Source: Longimicrobiales bacterium
GTDB lineage: Bacteria; Gemmatimonadota; Gemmatimonadetes; Longimicrobiales; Gaopeijiaceae
DNA length: 64,000 bases
Direction: 5' to 3'
Assembly: GCA_965202805.1 (NCBI GenBank)
Contig: OZ241869.1
Span: 1,216,001 to 1,280,000 of the forward strand
In this document: in pieces, positions 40,900 to 50,261 of the stretch
How positions within the stretch are numbered: the first letter of the stretch is position 1
Layout: every line of letters begins with the position of its first letter
Position numbers and translations under genes: made by a program
Notes under the pieces: generated by a model
What the model saw: only the letters and a program-made list of their open reading frames with translations
What the model was told of the DNA's origin: nothing
The model's database searches: none

Positions 40900-42956
40900 T
40901 GAGCCAGGAGACCGCTCCCCGCGACCGCATCTCCTTTCCCCACAAGATCGCCTACGGGATCGGCGGCTTCGTAAACAACCTGCTGGCGCAGGGCATCGGC
41001 AACATGATGATCGTGCTGACGCTGGCGCTGGGGATGGACTTCCGCGCGGTCGGCCTGCTCGGCAGCCTGCCGCGCGCCTTCGACGCCGTCACCGATCCCC
41101 TGGTCGGGTTCATCTCCGACAGGACCAGATCCCGATGGGGCCGGCGCAGGCCGTTCCTCTTCGCCGGGGCGATCGCGTCGGGGATCGTCTTCGTCCTGCT
41201 CTGGCAGATGCCGGCGCCGACCCAGTTCCGGCTCAAGCTGGTCGACTACGGCGCGGACGGGGTCTACAGCGGCGGCGAGACGGGCGAGCCGGTGGGGCTG
41301 CTGGCATCCGTAGGGGAATCGCTCAGGGGCATCGTCAGCGTCGAACTGATCGACGATGTCGAGGACGAAGTCACCGTCCTGCCCCCAACGCTGGTCACCG
41401 GCGCCTGGGTGAGCATCGACATACCGCTTGCCGACTTCGACGAGCTCGCGACCCGCGAGCATCTTTCGCAGATCCTGATCTCGGGGGACCTGACCGAGGT
41501 TCATGTCGACAACGTCTACCTCTACCGCAGCGCCGACACTGCCCGGGCGGGGCCCGCGGGAGAGGACGTGGAGGGAGTGGCCGCGCCGAACACAGCCGCG
41601 CCGGCGCCAACGCCGGCTGCGGAAGACGTCATCTCGTTCTTCAGCGGCGCCTACGACGATGTCCCGGTCCAGTTCTGGTCCACGGACTGGGACCAGGCGG
41701 ACGTCGCGGACACCGAGGCCGGCGGCGACGCCGTCAAGCACTACACGAACATGCGCTTCGCCGCGATCGACTTCGGCGAGACCCCCGTCGACGCCAGCGA
41801 GATGACGCACGTCCACATGGACGTCTGGACCCCGGAGCCCACCGGCGAGGGCCGGAGCCAGAGCTACTACTTCTGGTACTTCCTGATCGGATCGCTGGTC
41901 TTCTTCCTGGCCTACACCGTCTTCGCGACACCCTGGGTGGCCCTCGGATACGAGCTGACGCCCGACTACAACGAACGCACGCGGCTGATGGGGGTGCAGA
42001 ACTTCGTCTCCAACATCGCCTTCGTCATCGGGCCCTGGTTCCTCGTGATCATGACCAATCCGGCGTGGTTCAGGAACCAGATGGCCGGGGCCAGGTTCCT
42101 CGCGCTCGCCATCTGCATCACGACCATCGTGCTGGGCGTGCTTCCGGCGATCTTCCTGCGGGAGCGGGTGCCGACGAGAGATGCCGCAACGGACGGCAGC
42201 AGCTTCGGGGAGAGCGTGATGCAGTTCCTCAAGGGGCTGCTGCAGACGGTCAGGACGGGTCCCTTCCTTCTGCTCTGCGTCGCGACGTTCCTGATCTTCA
42301 ACAGCTTCATCATGATCTCCCAGTTCCAGTTCTGGGTGTTCGCCTACTACATCTCCGGCGGGAACATCGGCGACGGAGCGGCCCTGGCCGGGCTGGTCGG
42401 GACACTGGGCATCGTCGCGGGCTTCGCGGTGATCGTGTTGGTCACCTGGCTGGGCACCAGAATCGGGAAGAAAAACGCGTTCTTCGTGTCGACGGGCATC
42501 TCGATGTTCGGCTATGCGCTGAAGTGGTTCTGCTATTCGCCCGAATATCCGATGCTGGCGCTGCTGCCCGCCCCGTTCCTGGCCTTTGGTCTGGGCGGAC
42601 TCTTCACGCTCATGGGATCCATGATCGCGGATGTGGTTGATCTGGACGAAATCAGCACCGGCGAGCGGCGCGAGGGGATGTTCGGGTCGGTCTACTGGTG
42701 GGTCGTCAAGGTGGGCCAGAGCCTCGCGATACTCGCGGGAGGATTCCTGCTCTATTCGACGGGGCTCGACCCGGCGCTGGGAGCGAACCAGCCCGAAGGG
42801 ACGATCTTCTGGCTGCGTTTCTACGACGCCTTCGTGCCGCTCGCCGCATCGGCCATCGCTGTGTACGCCGTCTACAGGTACCCGATCACCGAAGAGAGCG
42901 CGCTCAGGGTGCGGGACGAGCTGGAGCGCAGGCGGGGAGCGAGGGCGACGGCCTGA
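40896..42956 (+). CDS. GPH/MelB-type MFS sugar permease with a ~200-aa inserted soluble domain
   Basis: KIAYGIG, FDAVTDPLVGFISDRTRSRWGRRRPF, ALGYELTPDYNERTRL, MIADVVDLDE..TGERREGMF, RYPIT; hydrophilic insert at about aa 111-313. Confidence 0.92.
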   Translation: MMSQETAPRDRISFPHKIAYGIGGFVNNLLAQGIGNMMIVLTLALGMDFRAVGLLGSLPRAFDAVTDPLVGFISDRTRSRWGRRRPFLFAGAIASGIVFVLLWQMPAPTQFRLKLVDYGADGVYSGGETGEPVGLLASVGESLRGIVSVELIDDVEDEVTVLPPTLVTGAWVSIDIPLADFDELATREHLSQILISGDLTEVHVDNVYLYRSADTARAGPAGEDVEGVAAPNTAAPAPTPAAEDVISFFSGAYDDVPVQFWSTDWDQADVADTEAGGDAVKHYTNMRFAAIDFGETPVDASEMTHVHMDVWTPEPTGEGRSQSYYFWYFLIGSLVFFLAYTVFATPWVALGYELTPDYNERTRLMGVQNFVSNIAFVIGPWFLVIMTNPAWFRNQMAGARFLALAICITTIVLGVLPAIFLRERVPTRDAATDGSSFGESVMQFLKGLLQTVRTGPFLLLCVATFLIFNSFIMISQFQFWVFAYYISGGNIGDGAALAGLVGTLGIVAGFAVIVLVTWLGTRIGKKNAFFVSTGISMFGYALKWFCYSPEYPMLALLPAPFLAFGLGGLFTLMGSMIADVVDLDEISTGERREGMFGSVYWWVVKVGQSLAILAGGFLLYSTGLDPALGANQPEGTIFWLRFYDAFVPLAASAIAVYAVYRYPITEESALRVRDELERRRGARATA

Positions 42957-43034
42957 CCGGGGTCGGCCACCTGAGTCGGCGTGCGTCCGCGGACGAGTCG
43001 AGTCACGAGCGGCCGGCGGCGCCCGCGCGCGACC

Positions 43035-44963
<1,929 letters not shown>

Positions 44964-45012
44964 GGATCGGCGACGGGGACCTGGGAGTTCACGCAGCCGG
45001 GCAGGCTCGTTC

Positions 45013-48000
45013 CTACAACCCGATGTGCAGATAGGTGCGGACTTCCCACTCACTTCCCTGCCGGCTGCCGCCAGCCATGGGGTTGCACACCTGTTTGCCC
45101 GCCTGGTCGGACATCATGGCCGGACAGAACCTGGGAGAATACTCGTCCAGGCTGCGCCACGTCGCGCGCACGCCGAAGCGGGTCTGGGGAAGATCGAACC
45201 AGCCGGGCACGCCGAGCACGTAGGAAACATCCCCCATGACCTGCATCGGGAAGGTGTGGTTGTAGTCCCGGTGGTAGTCGTAGGGGCCCCAGTCGTTGAA
45301 GCGAAGGAAGCTCTGGATCTTGACCGGTCCCGTGATCATGCGGATGTCGCCTCCCAGCCGTTTCACAAGCCGCTGGTCGCTCCCGTTGGGCTCCGCCGTC
45401 CCGGTATACACGTTGGCCACGAAGCCCCCGCCCCCCGGACGCTTCGAAACCAGGCGCGCCCGCAACTCCCAGAGATCTCTGGCCGCCGGCGCGCTGGGGA
45501 AGGCGAAGGCAGTGCGCCCGTCGGGCAGAATGCCGATGCCGGCGTCCTGGGTCGTGGCGAAACTCCGGTACACGAAACCCACCGACGCGGCGAACGGGGC
45601 GTCCTCGCGGATATCGCTGTCCCAGTTGTACATCCAGGTGGCGGGAGTGGGATCGTAGGTGATGAGCAGCTCTGCCGCGGTGCTCTCCCGGTTCCCGCCG
45701 CGGACCGCGAACGGGTCGTCGAGGATGTTGCGGGGACGGGCGGGCGCCGGGAGCCCGGCGGGGATCGGTCCCACCAGGGGCTTCTGCCACATGAAGTTGG
45801 GCGCCACCTGCCAACTGCCGGAGTTGATGGCCAGACCGGTGAGGAAGCTCCACCGGTTGCCGATGCCCGAGTCCTTCAGGTGCCATCCGGTGAAGGTGAG
45901 CGTCTGCGTGGGGCCGCCATCGGCAACCAGGCCCATGGCCGCTCCCTCGGCGTACCAGTTCCAGCGTCCCCTGGTCACGGTGAGCTTCGCCTTGGCCCCC
46001 AAAGCGTCGGATGCCTGGATCTCGTCCCCCAGCACCCGGCCGTTCTCGGCGATCTGGAAGGCTTCCCCCACCTTCGTGGAGCCCGACCAGATGCCACCCA
46101 GATCGAGCCCGACTCCACCGCTGGAGGCGGCCGCGAGGTGAAGCGTCGCCTTGCGGGTGGGCGGCAGCGGAATCGCGAACGAACTCGCGACCGACTGCTG
46201 CTCCGCCAGGTCCTCCTGGAAGATGCCCGTGACCTGGAAGGGGCCCGTCTGCCGCTGGTACTTGGCGAGCACGGCCGGGTTGGCGCCCCACCACAGCTCG
46301 GGACCGATGGCCACCTTGAGGCCGCTCAGGGCGCGCTTGCCCATGACCTCCATCCCGAGCGGGGCCACACCGTTGTATATGTCGATGTTGGGCCCGTAGT
46401 TGGCCTCGGGATACAGGCCGAAGAAATCGCCTTCGTATCCCCAGTGATAGTGGCCGGTGCGGTAGAAGCCGTCCAGCCGGAACCAGCGGTCGTCCCAGGA
46501 CACGTTGGCCCGATAGACCTTGACGCGCTCCAGATCGTTCAGCGCCAGCGGCTCGCCGTCGGAACTCACCATGCGCGACCGGCCGCGGTTCTCGTAGAAG
46601 ATCTCGTCAATGGGGTTCGACGGCACGTCGCCGAGCACGTTGAACGACAGGGTGGCGAGCATGTTCTGGGTCGGGCGCGCGGTGAGGTCGGCGTAGAAGG
46701 ACTGCTTCTTGTCGAATCCCATGAACCCCGGACGCGCGATGCTTCCCGGGACCGGGTTCGCGGGTGTGCTCAACAGTGAACCGCCCGTGCTGTAGGTTTC
46801 CAGCTCGATGCGAAGGCCGCTCAGGTGCACGCGGTCACGCGCGGACGCCAGCAGCGCGGCGCGGTCGCCCAGCGCCTGCAGTCCCGCGTCGGCCGCCTCG
46901 ATGGAGCCGAAGTGCTCGCGGATCGTATCCAGATCCGTACCGGGCGCATACGGGTCGAGCCGGTAGGCCTCCTGCAATGCGTAGTAGGCCGCCCGCGGGT
47001 ACAGGTCGTAGAGCTTCCGGTGGTCGGCCGGCCCCTTGGCCACGATCCCCCACCACTCCTCGTTCATGTTGTTGTCGCCCGCCACGAAATCCTCGGGATA
47101 GGCGTCGTTGGCCCAGGACGCGTTCGTGTCCTGGATGTCCAGGCGGTCTTCCTGGCCGAACTTCCACCACCCGTCCGTCCACTGGAAGGTCAGGCCGCCG
47201 ATGGAGTTGCCCACGAGGCCCTTCCCCGCCGACTGCTCGTAGATCTCCTGCCACTGGCCCACCAGGTAGCGGGCCTGGGTGACCTGGTCCTCGCGCATGC
47301 GCCGCGCGTCCCACACGTCCGCGCCGAACTCGGTGAACATCACGGGCACGCCGACAACGTCGTGGACGTCCTGGAAGAGCTGGCCGAAGGAGATGCCCCG
47401 GTACACGTTGGTGCCGAAAACGTCCAGATCCGGAATCTCCTCGGCGATGATGTCGAGGTACTGCAGATCGCCGTTGGCCATGGCGATGGGCCGGGACGGA
47501 TCCATCTCCTTGATCCTTCGGGCGACGTCGCCGAAGAGCGAGTACATGTAGCGCGCACGCACGGCGTCCGCCTCGCCCTGGGGCAGATCCTCGGTTTCGG
47601 CTGAACTCCACACGAGGCCGTAGTTGTTCTCGTTGCCCAGCAGCCACATGAGGACGCCCGGGACGTCCTTGAACTCGTCCACCATGGCCTCGATCTCGGT
47701 CATCACGACTTCCCGCGCGCGCGGATCCGAGTAATCGGTGTTGGCATTGAAGACGCCGCCCACCGTTACGCCATAGCGGGCCACCGCGTGGTTGAGGACG
47801 GTGAAGATCCCGTAGCGCTCGTAGATGTGCCGGACCCATTTCGGCTGGATGCCGACGTATGCGCGGATGGCGTTTCCACCCATCGCCTTGAGCACGGTCA
47901 TCTCCCGCTCGAGCGCGGCCTCGATGACCTCGTCGGACTCCGACCAGAAGTTGTAGTTGTAGGTCGTTCCGATGGGGAAATAGTCCCAGTTCACGCCCAG

Positions 48001-48195
48001 CACCATGAAGTCCTCGCCGTCCACCTGCAGCCGCTGGCCGGAATCGTCGGTGACGATGCGGATTTCGGGGAGGTGGGTCTCGTCGGTCTGGCTCGAGGCC
48101 GGAGTGGCGGCGGCCAGCAGGAAAACCGCCGCCATCGGGGCGCCGATCCAGGATCGGACGACGAAGCCGGCTGAGTGGTGATGTATCCGGTTCAT
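45013..48195 (-). CDS. Clan GH-A TIM-barrel glycoside hydrolase (GH2-TIM/GH158-like) fused to a ~600-aa beta-rich C-terminal domain
   Basis: Signal peptide; MGGNAIRAY, WLLGNENNY (acid/base), GTNVYRG, MFTEFGAD (nucleophile), FQWTDGWWK, NEEWWGI; C-terminal amphipathic strands ending WEVRTYLHIGL. Confidence 0.8.
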   Translation of the reverse strand: MNRIHHHSAGFVVRSWIGAPMAAVFLLAAATPASSQTDETHLPEIRIVTDDSGQRLQVDGEDFMVLGVNWDYFPIGTTYNYNFWSESDEVIEAALEREMTVLKAMGGNAIRAYVGIQPKWVRHIYERYGIFTVLNHAVARYGVTVGGVFNANTDYSDPRAREVVMTEIEAMVDEFKDVPGVLMWLLGNENNYGLVWSSAETEDLPQGEADAVRARYMYSLFGDVARRIKEMDPSRPIAMANGDLQYLDIIAEEIPDLDVFGTNVYRGISFGQLFQDVHDVVGVPVMFTEFGADVWDARRMREDQVTQARYLVGQWQEIYEQSAGKGLVGNSIGGLTFQWTDGWWKFGQEDRLDIQDTNASWANDAYPEDFVAGDNNMNEEWWGIVAKGPADHRKLYDLYPRAAYYALQEAYRLDPYAPGTDLDTIREHFGSIEAADAGLQALGDRAALLASARDRVHLSGLRIELETYSTGGSLLSTPANPVPGSIARPGFMGFDKKQSFYADLTARPTQNMLATLSFNVLGDVPSNPIDEIFYENRGRSRMVSSDGEPLALNDLERVKVYRANVSWDDRWFRLDGFYRTGHYHWGYEGDFFGLYPEANYGPNIDIYNGVAPLGMEVMGKRALSGLKVAIGPELWWGANPAVLAKYQRQTGPFQVTGIFQEDLAEQQSVASSFAIPLPPTRKATLHLAAASSGGVGLDLGGIWSGSTKVGEAFQIAENGRVLGDEIQASDALGAKAKLTVTRGRWNWYAEGAAMGLVADGGPTQTLTFTGWHLKDSGIGNRWSFLTGLAINSGSWQVAPNFMWQKPLVGPIPAGLPAPARPRNILDDPFAVRGGNRESTAAELLITYDPTPATWMYNWDSDIREDAPFAASVGFVYRSFATTQDAGIGILPDGRTAFAFPSAPAARDLWELRARLVSKRPGGGGFVANVYTGTAEPNGSDQRLVKRLGGDIRMITGPVKIQSFLRFNDWGPYDYHRDYNHTFPMQVMGDVSYVLGVPGWFDLPQTRFGVRATWRSLDEYSPRFCPAMMSDQAGKQVCNPMAGGSRQGSEWEVRTYLHIGL

Positions 48196-48277
48196 GGCAA
48201 GACTCCTCCGATGGGCTCCAGCCCGCGCGGGGCGTGCCGTTCAGGACGGCGCAATCTGCCCCGGCGCTCCGCGCGTA

Positions 48278-48327
48278 ACTTTGTTCGCCATCCGAACAAA
48301 GTGAGGAGTCGTCCCGGGCCCTGTCAA
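48278..48327 (-). promoter_or_regulatory. Sigma70-type promoter overlapped by a palindromic operator (right operon)
   Basis: ACTTTGTTCG-ccatc-CGAACAAAGT (48278-48302); minus strand TTGACA(48327-48322)-N18-CACTTT. Confidence 0.8.
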
Positions 48328-50261
48328 GCAGAAAACGCGCGATTGTCGTCAGGCAAGGCGAGTCCCGCGAGCTCCAGCAGCCGCAAGGCGTTCGTCGAGG
48401 TGGCGATGCCGATCCTGAGGCGATAGTCGAAGGTGAGGCCCTCGCTCCCGTCGCCGACGGACTCGGTCAGGTGGACGGGGACGGCGCTCACGTTCAGATC
48501 TTCCGCGTCGGCCAGCGACAGGTCGTGAGTCGTGACGGCGCCGATGGCGCCCGAGCGGAGCAGCCTTCGCAGGACGGTTCGCGCGGCGATTCTGCGTTCG
48601 GCGCTGTTGGTGCCCTGGAGGATCTCGTCGAGGAGGTAGAGGACTCCGGGACCCCCGGACGCTGCGCCATCTGCCGATGCCCCTTCTCCGGCACCGGGTC
48701 CGGGCGCCGCGCCGGCCGTTTCGGCCGCATCCACGACCTGCTTGAGGCGCCGCAGTCCGGCCATGAAGAAGGACACGCCGTCGGCGAGGGAGTCCGCGAC
48801 ATGCATGCTGGTGACGACGCGCAGCGGTGGAATGCGGAGAGCTTCGGCGCACACCGGTCCACCCGCCTGGCCGAGCACGGCATTCAGGCCGACGGCCTTC
48901 ACGAGCGTGGACTTCCCGGACATGTTCGATCCCGTCACCAGGAGAAACGAGCCTGCCGGGCCCACCTCCACGTCGTTGCGCACGCAGAGTTCCGGAGCGA
49001 GAAGAGGATGGCCCAGCGCCCGCCCCCGGAGCGTGGTGGCTTCGGCGTCCAGCGTGGGCATGGTCCAGTCGGGATGATCGGCGGCGAGCGCCGCCAGGGC
49101 GGCCAGCGCCTCGGCTTCGCCAACGGCGTCGATCCACCCGCGGACGCGAGCGCCCGACCCCTTCTTCCAGCGTTCGAGCGCGGCCAGGACATGGACGTCC
49201 CAGAGCAGGACCAGGGAAAGGGGAACGTGGAAGAGGGGCGACCTCCTGACTTCCGCCATGTCCAGCAGCCGGCGCAGCGTCGCGATCTCCCGATGGGCGG
49301 GTCTCGTGCCGGCGCCCAGCCGTCGTCGGAGATCCGTCGCGTAGCGTGACTCGAGGGGTGCGTCGGCCAGGAGGCCGAGCAACGGCCCGTAGTGCCGCAC
49401 GCCCGATTCGCCATCGTCGGCCTCGGAGCAGGCCCGGTTGATCGCCTTCCACGCCGGCGCCATCACCAGAGCCGACACCAGCAGCGGCCAGGCGACGACA
49501 GCCGTGGGCGCCATCCCCAGAGAGTAGAGAATGATGGCGGCCAGATTCACCGGCGGAAGCAGAATCGCCGCCGCGCGAAGCCAGGTGCGCCCGGACAGCC
49601 AGCCCGGACTCTCGCACCAGCGCAGGAAGTCCTCCACCTCCTCCACCGAGTCGCCGTTCATCAGGCGGGCTTCGGCCGCGATGCGGTCCCGGAGATCGAA
49701 GGCGCCGTCCATCTCGCGCACCGCCTCCTGCCGCAAGGCGATGGTCTCCGGGTCCGCCGGAGCGAGAAGCCAGGACCAGAGCGTCGCCCGGCCGGGCGCG
49801 GTTCCGCAGACTCCCGTCAGGTGAACGAGCGACGCGCGACCGTGCAGGTCCAGGTCGTCCGCGTAGTCGTGGTTCCGCGGCACGGCCGGACTGAACGGCC
49901 GGGGCAGACCGGACCACCGGCGCTCGACGCGCGCGATCCCCTCCCGATTGAAGTCGGCCATCAGCTCGGCGCGGCGCAGACGCCGCCGGGCGGCCCGGTG
50001 TCGCGCGACCAGGATCGCGAAGGCCGCGACCGCGCCCGCCACGAGCAGCCAGGCGGCCTGGCCGCGTCCCTGGGAGATCAACAGCCAGGCGCCGACCCCG
50101 GCGGCCGCGAAGACCCCCAGCCGGAGCCGCTCGAGCAACCGGACCACGCCGGCCCTCCCGGCCGCCTCGCGATCGAAGCGGCGGGCGCGGTCCGCGTATC
50201 GGTCGGCGGGCGGTTCGACAGCTTCCGCGCCGGGTGAGGTTGGCTCCGTTCGGGTGCTCAC
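48324..50261 (-). CDS. Membrane-anchored MutS-related ATPase (domain V only)
   Basis: TM helices; DLDLHGRASL, GHPLL, TGSNMSGKST, SFFMA.L.RLK, LDEILQGTNS.ER, TTHDL; no mismatch-binding domain evident. Confidence 0.88.
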   Translation of the reverse strand: MSTRTEPTSPGAEAVEPPADRYADRARRFDREAAGRAGVVRLLERLRLGVFAAAGVGAWLLISQGRGQAAWLLVAGAVAAFAILVARHRAARRRLRRAELMADFNREGIARVERRWSGLPRPFSPAVPRNHDYADDLDLHGRASLVHLTGVCGTAPGRATLWSWLLAPADPETIALRQEAVREMDGAFDLRDRIAAEARLMNGDSVEEVEDFLRWCESPGWLSGRTWLRAAAILLPPVNLAAIILYSLGMAPTAVVAWPLLVSALVMAPAWKAINRACSEADDGESGVRHYGPLLGLLADAPLESRYATDLRRRLGAGTRPAHREIATLRRLLDMAEVRRSPLFHVPLSLVLLWDVHVLAALERWKKGSGARVRGWIDAVGEAEALAALAALAADHPDWTMPTLDAEATTLRGRALGHPLLAPELCVRNDVEVGPAGSFLLVTGSNMSGKSTLVKAVGLNAVLGQAGGPVCAEALRIPPLRVVTSMHVADSLADGVSFFMAGLRRLKQVVDAAETAGAAPGPGAGEGASADGAASGGPGVLYLLDEILQGTNSAERRIAARTVLRRLLRSGAIGAVTTHDLSLADAEDLNVSAVPVHLTESVGDGSEGLTFDYRLRIGIATSTNALRLLELAGLALPDDNRAFSA

